A stretch of DNA of 64,000 bases. Source: Squalus acanthias (lineage: Eukaryota). The stretch lies in assembly GCA_030390025.1 (NCBI GenBank), contig CM059438.1, forward strand, positions 8,184,001-8,248,000, written 5' to 3'. The position numbers and the translations under genes were made by a program. Positions 1 to 11,778 of this stretch are shown piece after piece (within the stretch, counting starts at the first letter, position 1; each line of letters begins with the position of its first letter). The notes under the pieces were generated by a model. It made no database searches. It was not told the origin of the DNA and worked only from the letters and a program-made list of their open reading frames with translations.

Positions 1-159
1 TTCCTGTATTTGTTAATTTTAGCAAAAAAAAGTAGATGCTGAAATCTTTATACTCAGGTCAATTTTGCTAAAATGACCATGTTATCAGGATAATGCCATA
101 CAGCACAGCAGAACACACCAAGTGTACAGGGACATGTTGATACATTGCGTTGTATTACA

Positions 160-480
160 TCGAATTTACAGCACAGAAACAGGCCATTCATCCCAACTGG
201 TCCGTGCCGGTGTTTATGCTCCACACGAGCCTCCTCCCGCCCCTCTTCATCTCACCCTATCTGCATAACCATCTATTCCTTGCTCCCTCATGTGTTTACC
301 TAGCTTCCTTTTAAATGCATCTATGCTACTCGCCTCAGCTACTCCCTGTGGTAGCAGGGCTCCACATTCTCACCACTCTCCGGGTAAAGAAGTTTCTCCT
401 GAATTCCCTACTGGATGTATTGGTGACCATCTTGTATTTATGGCCCTCCAGCTTTGGACTGCCCCCACAAGTGGAAAGCT
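160..480 (-). mobile_element. CR1-like LINE 3' fragment (decayed)
   Basis: Reverse strand resembles the CR1 3' end seen elsewhere in the window (aagaagtttctcctgaattcc, aggccattca..ccaac). Confidence 0.6.
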
Positions 481-1543
481 CTTCTCTAGTCTACCCATGC
501 AGAGCAACCTGTTGGTTTCCAGAAGGTGTGAGGCGCAGTGAGTGATGCAACACGGCACGTCCTGCTTTGTAATTAAGAGCCTTATGTTTAATTGAACCAT
601 CACGTTGCTCAGAGCAGACAGACTCGTTTCACCTCAATCGCTGTGGAGAGCTCCCACCACTGGCTTAACGCGCATTAGTTTATCAGCGTGTATTTGGGCA
701 AAGGCCACTGCTGGCTGGAGACTTGTACTTAGGGAGGTGCCAGGGCCTTGGTAATGTTAAGAGGCAAAGTCCAAAGCAGGAGAAGGAAATGACTCGGGAA
801 CCGTACGGAATGGACCCAGTCAGGTGGTCCCCAGGGAGGGCTAGAACCTTTAGCCGGTGTTCGGAGGGTGACGGTGCCAACACCGTAAGGTAAATTGTCA
901 TAAATTGAGGTTTTTAAAAAAAATATATACTGAGATTTTCCGGCTTCTACCTTGTATAAACGCACAGGGCCGAGACACAGACTATGTCAAACAGTTCCAT
1001 AATGAGAGGCATTTCTCCAGGCTGCAGAGAATCATTTGGTTTTGCTTTGCACAAAGAGCTGATATTATTACACAGTAGTTGTCTGTATTTGTAACAAAGC
1101 ACACACACACAACAGCAAAAAAGACTCCCTCATTGAGAATGCTCCGGAATAACTATTAAAGCATAGTGCAGCTCAGCCTACTCTCATTTCGAGCTCTGAG
1201 ATGGCCCAGCCATGGCGGTAACTAAGCGAGGAGAGTGGATGTTAAAAAAGAGATTCTTTGTTGGAAGCACTGGATATCTCCACCACATAATCAGCAGCTG
1301 CAGTCTCAGGGCATAACATAAATCCAAAGTTCAAGGCACTTGGAAATGGCAGTGGGCTGATGCATTACTCTGATTAACAAAGGAATAATGACTATCCAGC
1401 AATCCCTGCTGGAAAATGTGTGGTTGAGGAGGGGCGGGGGGTGGGGTGGGGAGAGGGGCGTGCAGGGGGGAGCAATTGGGTTAGGCTTATCGGTGATGCA
1501 GTCTATGGTCAAATAGTCTGCCAATACACACTGTCTAGACACA

Positions 1544-1753
1544 AGTCAGAAGTCGCACAACACCAGGTTATAGTCCAATAGTTTTATTTGAAATCACAAG
1601 CTTTCGGAGCTGCTGCCCCTTCGTCAGGTGAAGTGAGGGGCAGCAGCAGCTCCGAAAGCTTGTGATTTCAAATAAAACTGTTGGACTATAACCTGGTGTT
1701 GTGCGACTTCTCACTTTTGTCCACCCCAGTCCAACACCGGCATCTCCGCAGCA
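1544..1753. mobile_element. Penelope-like fold-back mini-element with hammerhead ribozyme; 12-bp TSD TGTCTAGACACA
   Basis: Inverted arms (agaagtcgcacaacaccaggttatagtcca / tggactataacctggtgttgtgcgacttct); TSD at 1532-1543 and 1754-1765; same family at 35822 and 62004. Confidence 0.8.
1594..1631 (-). ncRNA. Minimal type I hammerhead ribozyme
   Basis: Minus strand: ucac CUGACGA A GGGGC agca GCUCC GAAA GC UU guga. Core CUGANGA/GAAA, stem II, stem I ucac/guga, palindromic AAGCUU in place of stem III. Confidence 0.75.
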
Positions 1754-2395
1754 TGTCTAGACACAGAAAGGGCAGCACTTGTGATGTTCAAACTCCAGCT
1801 GCACTGAACACCTTCAGCAGCGGAGGCAGGGGAGAGCTGCATGTGCCCTGTCATCGCTAATGTTGACAAAGAAAATAGGATCTATCACTAAGAACGAACT
1901 AATCAGCTATGAAACCAGCCCTGCTTTTGCTCCCCTATTCTCTGCCCTGTACGTGCCATCGACGAATAATGGTCTCCATTTTGAGAACAAAGCAACTCCA
2001 TACAGAACTAAGTAATCGTACGTTAGATTTATGTGGAGAGACTAGAGAAGCTGTCTGTCCCACTCCCACTCTGACATCTCAGTCCTCGGTCTCCTACACT
2101 GTTCCAATGAAGCTCAACGGAAGCACGAGGAACAGCAGCTCATCTTTCGATTAGGCACTTTACAGCCTTCCGGATTCATCATCGAGTTCACCAGTTTCAG
2201 ACCATAACCACAGCTCCCATTTTTTCGGATAGCGGGTGTTGATAGTGATTCTGCTGTTGCCATTTACAGCTCCTCTAGACCCATCTAGTAAGTTTCTTTA
2301 CTTGTCCCATTATCATCTCCTTTTGCTTTGCACCATCATCCCTTTAGCCATTTAATCTCTCCTGCCTTCCACCCTATGATAGAACTACCCTTCTC

Positions 2396-2800
2396 AGCTG
2401 TGGCTAAGTGGTCACGCTCTCACCTCTGGGTCAGAAGCTGGTGGGTTCAAGTCCCACTCCAGAAATTTGAGTAGAAAAATCTAGGCTGACACTCCAGTGC
2501 AGTACTGAAGGAGTCTTGTGCCGTCTTTCGGATGAGACGTTAAACCGAGGCCCCGTCTGCTCTCGCAGGTGGCCGTAAAAGATCCCACGGCACTATTGCG
2601 AAGGAGAGCAGGGGAGTTATCCCCGGTGTCCTGGCCAATATTTATCCCTCAACCAACATCACTAAAACAGATTATCTGGTGATTATCACATTGCTGTTTG
2701 TGGGAGCTTGCTGTGCGCAAATTGGCTGCTGCGTTTCCTACATTACAACAATGACTACACTCCAAAAATACTTCATTGACTGTAAAGCGCTTTGAGACGT
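2396..2800 (+). mobile_element. SacSINE1/DeuSINE-like tRNA-derived SINE
   Basis: A box tggctaagtgg, B box ggttcaagtcc, Deu-like body (taaaagatccc..ggcacta, ggtgtcctggccaa), L2-like tail; many copies in window. Confidence 0.85.
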
Positions 2801-2848
2801 CCCTGCCTCTGTACTTGCTTAAAACCTGCTACATCGGTAACATTTTCT

Positions 2849-2885
2849 AGTTCTGATGAAAGGCCATCGACCCGAAACGTTAACT
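2849..2885 (+). ncRNA. Minimal type I hammerhead ribozyme (second family)
   Basis: aguu CUGAUGA aaggccaucgaccc GAAA CG UU aacu; stem I aguu/aacu; palindromic AACGUU; stem II imperfect. Confidence 0.65.
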
Positions 2886-4141
2886 GTGTTTCTCTCTCTC
2901 CACAGATGCTGCCTGACCTGCTGAGCATTGCCAGCATTTTCTGTTATATTGCATTTGTGTAGCACCGTTAACACAGTAAACATCCCAAGGAGCTTAACAA
3001 GCAAGAAGGAACAGTGGTAGGAGAGTTAGGGGAGGTGACCGAGGACCTTTGAAGCTGGGGAGAGGGGTTAGTGAGGCGGAGGGGGTTAGGGAGAGAGTTC
3101 CAGAGTTTGGGGCCAAGGTAGAGGAATGGGAGAGATTTACAAAAAAAAAAATATGAATGGCAGAAATTCTGAAATAAAAACAGAAAATGCTGGAAATACC
3201 CAGGAGATCAGTCAGCACCTGTACGGTTTAATGGCAGGTTAATGATTCACTCTGCCTTTGATCACGACCTGCATCGCCAAGGTTTTCTACTCTATACAGG
3301 TAAATAGCAGGTTGGTAAATAATCACTTCTTTCCAGCGTTTTGATGGGTAGCAAGGGTGACATGTCGATTCAGCCACAAAAGGCCAGTAATGATTTCTCC
3401 AGCGCAATCAGCAGCAGCTGAAAATATCTTCTCCTGTGGAGATAAAATGATGAAAGTGGGTCAGTGCTGGGAACTAGATACAGGGCGAGTTGTCTGTATA
3501 TTAAATGGAAGTTTGGTATCCAGAGCTCCTGTCTCAGCCAGAGTGTAAAAACCCGTTTGTTGTGACGGCAGATGGATCAATTTTTTTTGCACCTCCACGC
3601 AAAGGAACTGTGCTTTAGCATCTGCAGTGACACAGCCTTAATTAGCACAGACTTAGCCTGTGGCATCGTGGCTCAGTATCTGAGGGGAACCGATCAAGCT
3701 GCGATACAGGGCAACATCCAGGCCAGAGCAGCTCTTCCAGGTATACTTTACCCGTGACAGCAAAGCTCAGACGATCTATCAGCCTCACCTGAACTCCCAA
3801 GATGTGTTATTGAGTCCTTGAACAGTCAGTTCGGCTCAATTGGTAGCACTTATGCCCAAGAACTCAGAAGGTTATGGGTTCAAACCCTGCTCCAATGCAA
3901 GATCTAAACCGGCCCTCCAATACAACCACAACAGCTTGCATTTATATAGCCCCTTTAACATAGTAAAACGTCCCAAGGCTATTCACGGGAGCGTTATCAG
4001 ACAAAATTTGACACCAAGTACTGAGGGAGTGCTGCATAGTCAGACATGGCATCCTTTGAATGAAATACTAAACTTGAAAGCCTATTGAGGCGGACATTGA
4101 ACACCCATGATACAATTTGAAAAGAATGGGGAGTTCTCCTT

Positions 4142-5733
4142 GGGGGAGAAATTCGTGTGGTTTGCGCCACACGTTAGCGCCACGAGATGGCGCTAAAATG
4201 CCGTTGAGAGCTTTAACGCCACCTGATGCCGGTTCCAGCACCGCACGCCATATCGGTGTTGCCGGTAGCGCTGCCGCTGAACGCGATCGCCAGGTACCTC
4301 GCCATCACTGGAGACTGTGACGTCAGTGAGTGTGCAACGCTCACTTGACGCCCGATCTCCCAACTGCGTTACAGCCAATGAACTTGCCGGCTGGAGAAAA
4401 CAGTGACAGCTTCAGGTGGCATGCAGCAGCAGGAAGCCGGCTCCAGTGATGCTATTTAAAGGGATCATCACCAATCACTCAGACCGGACAGGTTTTTGAA
4501 GTTTAAGTGGCTGTGTGCTACTTCCTGCGACTGGAAGCGTTTTCTTTATTCATTTCAAGGTTCTTTGGTATCAGGGAGTGTTGCGGCAAGTACAAAACTC
4601 CATAATTATTTCTGAAAAGTTCCAACCTACAACACTTGCTAAAAGTCATGGGGGCTGTACTGGCAGTGGGCCTCACCCTCCAGGATCTACGGTGGAGGGA
4701 GCGGAGGCAGCGAGACAATCGGCCTTCCGGATGGGCTGTCCGTGACCAGTTCATCAGACTCTGATTTGCATGAATGAAACCCCAGATCCCCGTAGCTCAC
4801 CACATCTCCATCATACAATCCCTGTCTCACGCCATATCACAGCGTTCTCCTGGGCGCAAAGGTGAAATGAGAGAGACCACAAAATATTCCAAACACAATT
4901 AATAATTTTATCTATAAACATATCACACATATCACATGAATTCTAATAACTAGTAACCCTTGTGCCTGCCATAGTTGAATAGCTGTCATTGTGTGCAAGG
5001 TGTGAGTTGTGGGTGTGAGTGTTGCTAGGCAGAGATTGTTGGTGGGTGAGTGCTGGGGGTGTGGTGCATTGAGCAGTGTGTGAAGCTTGTGGTACAGATG
5101 GTGGTATGTAGCATTTGTTGAAGCCTTCACTCACCCTGACCACCCATGTGATCTTGTTAAACTTCTTCCCGCACTGTGTGTGGGTCCTGGGGACCACAGT
5201 GCTGCCCGTGACGTGGTGTGCCACCTCCCTCCACATAGTCTGGTAGACTTGTGGCGAGGGCTTCCTGCCAGTTGATGGGTACAGGACCGCCTGCCTTCTC
5301 TCCACCGCTAAAACCAATGCCTCAAAAGCTTCATCCAAAAACCTCCGGGCTCTCTCCCTGGGGAGGCGATCTGCCATCGGGATTTGTAAATAAGTGCTCC
5401 TTCTCCTTGTCCTTCTTCTTATGGTTGTTGAGGCAGCTGCACACCCAACAACGCTGATAATGAGGTGCTGCAGCATCAATTAACCTCCCCTTTAAGCAGT
5501 GAAAAAACCCTGTGGTAATCATTAATTGCGTTTAGACTGCCCCCGATATTGGTCCATCTTCTCAGTGTAACGCCAATGAACTTGAGCTTTTAGACTAGAA
5601 TCATGACTGCAATCATTTTAATGAGGAGTGAGGACGAATTTTGCATGCAGCCTAGACGATTTTCAACTGGAGCTACTTAACCATTTTTAGTCTAAACACC
5701 GCCCATTTCTTGGCTATAACAAATTTCTAGCCC
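4142..5733. mobile_element. PIF/Harbinger internal-deletion derivative inserted in a SINE
   Basis: Terminal inverted repeats (TIRs) GGGGGAGAAATT / AATTTCTAGCCC; subterminal TTAGCGCC motifs; transposase 5' stub MGAVLAVG at 4628 (+); Myb exon 1 on minus; flanks are the two halves of a DeuSINE. Confidence 0.85.
5135..5377 (-). pseudogene. Harbinger Myb/SANT-like protein exon 1 (rest deleted)
   Basis: MADRLPRERARRFLDEAFEALVLAVERRQAVLYP...WREVA...RTHTQCGKKFN...VVR followed by a GTGAGT donor; homologous to 36411-36647. Confidence 0.8.
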
Positions 5734-5847
5734 AAGTATCTTGGCCTCAGTTGACACCAAAAACAGATTAACTGGTCACTTATCTCATTGCTGTTTACAG
5801 GATCTTGTTGTATGCAAAATGGCTGCTATGCTGTCTACAGAACATAC

Positions 5848-6260
5848 AGTTGTTCTCCTTAGAGCAGAGAAGGTTAAGAGGAGATTTGATAGAGGTGTTC
5901 AAAATCATGAATAGTTTTTATAGAGTAAATAAGGAGAAACTGTTTCCAGTGGCAGAAGATTCGGTAGCCAGAGGGCACAGATTTAAGGTGATTGGCAAAA
6001 GAACCAGAAGGCAGATGAAACATTTTTTTATGCAGCGAGTCATTGTGATATGGAATGTGTTGTCTGAAAGGGCGGTGGAACACAACTCAATAGTGACTTT
6101 CAGAAGGGAATTGGATAAATACTTGAAGGGAAAAAAATTACAGGGCTATGGGGAAAGAGCAGGGGAGTGCGATTCATTGGATAGCTCTACCAAGAGCCGG
6201 CACAGGCACGATGGGCCGAATGGCCTCTTTCTGTGCTGTAAGATTCTATGAGTCTATGAT
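5848..6260 (+). mobile_element. CR1 LINE 3' fragment
   Basis: [19 protein letters not shown]...RGHRFK...FFMQRV..WN.L; ATTCTATG-type tail. Confidence 0.9.
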
Positions 6261-7097
6261 AACGATAGTCCCTGCACTTCAAAGTAATTTTCACTTCAAA
6301 GTAGCTCTTTGTACGTGAAACTCTTTACAATTCGAGAGGTTTCTGAGAGGCACCATAAGGCATTATGTAAAAGCAAATGTTTCTTTCTTGAAATCCACCA
6401 GCGTGAGATATTAAATGAGGAATGAATGGCAGGATACATCAAGCACGGCACCTTCAAACCATATACTAGAGATCAGTAGGTCCAAGGAATACGTTGATTT
6501 TCGAATGACTGATAGACACTTAAAAGGAAAAACAAAGTCCTGAAAGAAAAGGAAGAAAAACACCCCCCCCAATAATCTCTGGTGAGAATAATTCCTTGGA
6601 ATATGGCACCATCTTAAAAGGCGGAAGTGATTCTTTGAAGGTAAATCAAAGCATGGAAGATTTCTGATTTAAGTGTGCAGCTATGAGGATTTTACTTTGA
6701 AAAAAATTGCAATTCTGCTTTCAACAAGTTTAATTTAGTTGCCTCTGAATTCACTTACATAGCTGTAGGAATACAATCTGGCTGTGTTGAATTTTGTACA
6801 ACAAGCTCCTGGTCAATGAAATTCATATCCGGAACAGCCTTCCAGCCACTGCTGGCAATAGATGGAAATTAACTTTTATGAGTACAATAAATCGTTATGT
6901 ATAATACACACTTGTTTTTTCCTAAAAATATAGGAGGGTGTATTATGCACTGATAATCTAAAATGGAGGTGGCGTGCCAGTGACAGTGAAACCAGCCTTT
7001 ACTAACACTGAACGCAGTGCCGCAGTAAATCTACAAGAAGAAGTGCAAAGGAACAGTGGAGGCGTGACAGTAAAAAACTCAGAACCGATTAAGAGGG

Positions 7098-7780
7098 ATT
7101 AGAAGAATGAGAGGGGATCTTATTGAAACATATAAGATTCTGAAGGGGCTTGACAGGGTAGATGCAGAGAGGATTTTCCCCTCGTGGGGGAATCTAGAAC
7201 TAGGGGACATAGTTTCAGTTTAAGGGGTCGCCCATTTAAAACGGAGATGAGGAGGAATTTCTTCTCTCAGAGGGTCGTGAATCTTTGGAATTCTCTTCCC
7301 CAGAGAGCTGTGGAGGCTGGGTCATTGAATATATTCAAGGCGGAGATAGACAGATTTATGAAAGGTAAGGGAGTCAAGGGTTATGGGGAGCGGGCAGAGA
7401 AGTGGTGTTGAGGCCAAGATCAGATCAGCCATGATCTGATTGAATGGCGGAGCAGGCTCGAGGGGCCAAATGACCTACTCCTGCTCCTACGTCTTATGTT
7501 CTTATGTAAGGTAATTAGCAAAAGAACCAGAGGGGAGATTAGCAGAATTTATTTTACGCAACGAGTTGTTATGGTCTGGAATGCTCTGCCTGAAAGGGCG
7601 GTGGAAGCAGATTCAATCGTGACTTTCAAAAGAGAATTGGATATATACTTGATGGAGAAAAAATTTGCAGAGCTATGGGGAACTTTCAGGGGTGTGGGAC
7701 TAATTGGACAGCTTTTTCAAGAGCCAGCACAGGCACAAAGGGCCAAAAGGCTTCCTTCTGTGCTCTATGATTCTATAATT
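7098..7780 (+). mobile_element. Two adjacent CR1 LINE 3' fragments
   Basis: RRMRGDLIETYKI...RGHS...RRNFFSQRVVNLWNSLP with (TTCTTATG)n tail to ~7507; second fragment FTQRVVMVWNALP with tail ~7765-7780. Confidence 0.9.
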
Positions 7781-7821
7781 CTCACATCAGGTTTGCTGAT
7801 TAGAGCATACTAGTCAGTGAA

Positions 7822-8558
7822 GTTTTTTTTAAATATTTGTTCCTGGGATGTGGGCGTCGCTGGCAAAGCCAGCATTTATTGCCCATCTCTAATTGCCCTT
7901 CAGAAGGTGGTGGTGAGCCGTCTTCTTGAACCGCTGCAGTCCGTGTGGTGAAGGTACTCCCACAGTGCTGTTAGGGAGGGAGTTCCAGGATTTTGACCCA
8001 GCAACGATGAAGGAACGACGATATATTTCCAAGTCAGGATGGTGTGTGACTTGGAGGGGAACTTGGAGGTGGTGGTGTTCCCATGCACCTGCTACCCTTG
8101 TCCTTCTAGGTGGAAAAGGTCATGGATTTGGGAGGTGCTGTCAAAGAAACCTTGGCGTGTTGCTGCAGTGCATCTTGTAGATGGTACGCACTGCAGCCAC
8201 AGTACGCCGGTGGTGCAGAGAGTGAATATTTAAGGTGGTGGATGGGGTGCCAATCAAGCGGGTTGCTTTGTCCCGGATGATGTCAAGCTTCTTGAGTGTT
8301 GTTGGAGCTGCACTCATCCAGGCAAGTATTCCATCAGACTCCTGACTTGTACCTTGTAGATGGTGGAAAGGCTTTGGGGAGTCAGGAGGTGAGACACTCG
8401 CCACAGAATACCCAGCCTCTGACCTGCTCTTGTTGCCACAGTATTTATGTGGCTGGTCCAGTTAAGTTTCTGGTCAATGGTGACCCACAGGATGTTGATG
8501 TTGAATGTCATGGGGCAGTGGTTAGACTCTCACTTGATGGAGATAGTCATTGCCTGGC
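7822..8558 (-). mobile_element. 3' fragment of the single-ORF CR1-like LINE family
   Basis: Highly similar to 11810-12575 (DQKLNWTSHINTVATRAGQRLGIL; same 3' UTR and polyA). Confidence 0.9.
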
Positions 8559-8609
8559 AAAGTGATTTATTAAACAGTAAGTTGATAAGTAAACAATAGA
8601 AAGAAAAAT

Positions 8610-9082
8610 AAAGAAAGACTTGCATTTATATAGCGCCTTTCATGACCTCACGACATCCCAAAGCGCTTTACATCCAATGAGGTACTTTTGAACTGCAGTT
8701 ACTGTTGTAATGTAGGAAATGCGGCAGCTAATTTATGCACAGCAAGGTCCCACAAAACAGCAATGAAATAATGACCAGATAATCTAATTTTTTTTAGTGA
8801 TGTTGATTGAGGGATAAATATTGGTCAGGGCACCGAGGAGAACTTCCCTGCCATTCTTTGAAATAGTGCCGTGAGATCTTTTATGTCCACCTGAGAGGAC
8901 AGATGGGCCTCGGTTTAACGTCTCATCCGAAAGACGGCCCCTCTGACAGTGCAGCGCTCCCTCAGCACTGCACAGGGAGTGTCAGCCGAGATTTTTGTGC
9001 TCAAGTCCCTGAAGTGGGGCTTAGAACCCATGGACCTTCTGACTCAGGTGGGAGTGCGACCCACTGAGCCACGGCTGACACC
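8610..9082 (-). mobile_element. SacSINE1/DeuSINE-like SINE, full length
   Basis: Reverse complement of the SINE consensus, including tRNA head and (CTTT)n tail. Confidence 0.85.
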
Positions 9083-9334
9083 TCGTAGCATTGACACACT
9101 GTAGAGTTACAGTGGTTACAGACTTCATGATCCATCCTTTAAATGATAGAGAAATAACAGTCATGTCTGCTCTGCTAAACTGCAATGCAAACAGGACTGG
9201 ACCTGAGGTCCCTGAATATTAATCTTTACGTGGTGATTTGTGTGGTCCATCCAAAAATTCTCTCTCTAGTTGCTGTCTGCTGGTTGGTTATCAAATACTT
9301 TTCAAAAATATCCGCTCAGATAATTCAGTCAACA

Positions 9335-9532
9335 AACAACAACAACTTGCATTCATACAGCGCCTTTAATGCAGTAAAACGTCCCAAGGAGCAATTATCA
9401 CGCAAAATTTGATTCCGAGCCACATAAGGAGAAATTAGGACAGTTGCCCAAAAGCTTTGTCAAAGAGGTAGGTTTTAAGGAGCATCTTAAAGGAGGAGAG
9501 AGAGGTGGAGAAGTTTAGGGAGGGAATTCCAG
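9335..9532 (-). mobile_element. L2 LINE 3' fragment
   Basis: (AAC)n tail followed by the reverse complement of the L2 3' end seen at 62757-63444. Confidence 0.8.
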
Positions 9533-10243
9533 AACAAGGAGCAATCACAAGAGAACCAACCAATCCAATCAGTTTTCAAATGTGTTGGATTGTCTTGATT
9601 GTGTACAAACCTCACTATATATATAGCTCAACATTATAAAGATATATAAACCATTCAGCAAAACAGAGCTAAAATTACCCATAAACTTATTCATGATGCA
9701 AAATAGATAATTCTGTGCAACCATCTTGTTCTCCACCTTCCCGCCTCGGTAGTCCCCATTCTCATGGCTGTGGGGTTTGACTTGTGCTCCCTTCCCAATT
9801 TGCAGACTTACAACTTTCTTGCTGATTACGCTCAGGCCTCTGCCCATGCATGACAGAGTGCTGGCCAAGAATTTGGCCTCAAGCCTTTATATTTTTAAAA
9901 TGTAACATATTTGCAGTAAATGTCACTGCACAGTGCATGAAATAAACAGAAAAAATGATTTTCTTTACAAAAAAATACAAATGAGATTTGTTAGTCATTG
10001 GAAATGCAAGTCAGATGCAGGAGTTATGTTTCCACTTTCTGAATCGAGTCAGAAGCAAAAGATTGGTAGTGATAACCTCACGCTCCTGTGAGCAATTTCT
10101 AAATCACAGTGGGTGACTGACAGTTATTTGCAGAAGATCCTAAAAAGCAAAAGAAAAACTTCTGGTAACTACAGCAACCATCCACCTTCTCCTGTAAAAA
10201 AAAACAGCGTTTATTTATACTTGGTCTCCTGTTGAAGGTTCAT

Positions 10244-11778
10244 GGGGGAAATTTTTGGTAGCTTAGTGCTTCTCGTTAGCGCCAGCAGATGGCGGTAATG
10301 GGACGCTGATGCAGTAGCGCCGGGGCGAGGCGAATCCAGCGCCGCAAGGCAAATCCGCCCCCCCCCCACCCCCGTTGTGCTGCCGGTACAAAGTACCGCC
10401 GGGGACTTCAACGCCAGGCAGATCGTGACATCAGTGAGCGTGCAACGCTCACTGGCCGCCCGATCTGGAAAATTGATTGTCGCCACTTAGCTTAGCGACT
10501 CGACCAGACAACGACAGAGAGAGTTGGCGTGCAGCTCCAGGAAGCCGGCTCCAGCGACGTTATTTAAAGGCATCAGCATTAATCACTCCGGCTGTCAGGG
10601 CAGGTTAGTTTCAGTGGTTTCTTGTCAGTTTCACCTACTCAAACAGTTCCTATGAGTAATTTCAAGCTTCCTTTGTATCACCAGTCTTCTGGCAACTACA
10701 AAGTGGCTACATTCATTGTTCAAAGATTCAAACTGCTACACTTGGCAACATTAATGGGGGCTGTACTGGCACGCCACCTCGCCCTCCATGATCTACGGCA
10801 GAGGGAGCGTAGGCAGCGAGAAATATGAGAACATGTGCGCAGAGGGATGAGGAGGGACATCAGGGCTCTCACCAGGAGGCCTTACTCTCCGAGGGTATTC
10901 CGACAGCACTTCTCCTACCTTCAATGAAGCGAGGAGCAGCGTATTATATGGCTCCGCATCACCAAGGTGGTGGTCACAGAACTCTGCCACCTCCTCCAAA
11001 CAGACCTCCAGCCTCACACCAGGATGACTTAAACCCCAGATCCCTTTTGCTCACCACATACCCATCATACCATCCCTGTGTCATGCCATATCACAACGTC
11101 CTCCTGGGCACAAAGGTGAAATGAGAGAGACCACAAAATATTGCAAACTCCATTAATAAATTTATGCATAAACATATCACACATATCACATTCATTCTAA
11201 TAACTAGTGACTCTTGTGCCTGCCATAGTTGAATAGCTGTCATTGTGTGCAAGGCGTGAGATGTGGGTGTGAGTGTTGGTAGGTAGAGATTGTTGGTGTG
11301 TGAGTGCTGGGGGTGTGGTGCTTTGGGCAGTGTGTGAAGCTTGTGGTACAGATGGTGGTATGTAGCATTTGTTGAAGCATTCAATCACCCTGACCACCCG
11401 ACTGAGGTGGATCTGCCATGAGCACACCTGCGTCAGTCCTCCGGCTCCTTCTCCTTGTTGTGCTTCTCCTTGCTGAGGCAGCTGCACAGCCAGCAATGCT
11501 GAGAATGAGGTGCTGCAGTATCAATGAACCTCCCCTTTAAGTACTGAGAAAAGCCTGTGGCAATGATTAATTCCAATTAGACTGAACCCGATATTGATCC
11601 ACCCTTTAAGTGTAACGCCAATGAGCTAGGCCTTTAAGACTTGAATTAGCGCTCCAATCATTTCTTTGAGCAGTGAGAATGAATTTTGCATGCAGTCTAA
11701 AGCATTAGCGCCTGGTGCTAATTCTCAAACTTTTCTAATGATGCCGCCCATTCCTGGGCTATAATGAATTTCTAGCCC
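10244..11778. mobile_element. PIF/Harbinger internal-deletion derivative (same family as 4142-5733)
   Basis: Ends GGGGGAAATTT / AATTTCTAGCCC; transposase stub from 10754 (MGAVLARH...RRPYSPRVFRQHFSYL...VVTELCHLLQTDLQP, with stops); 11040-11400 nearly identical to 4780-5145. Confidence 0.85.

Larger units (their letters stand above)
2055..2945 (+). mobile_element. Penelope-like element 3' remnant (GIY-YIG C-terminus, 3' UTR, hammerhead), interrupted by a SINE
   Basis: About 2058-2206 translates SHSHSDISVLGLLHCSNEAQRKHEEQQLIFRLGTLQPSGFIIEFTSFRP*, a typical vertebrate Penelope-like endonuclease C-terminus; hammerhead at 2849-2885. Confidence 0.8.

Noticed and set aside
3265-3460. Possible minus-strand exon after tcattttatctccacag
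   Set aside because: All three frames hit stops quickly; no homology recognised.
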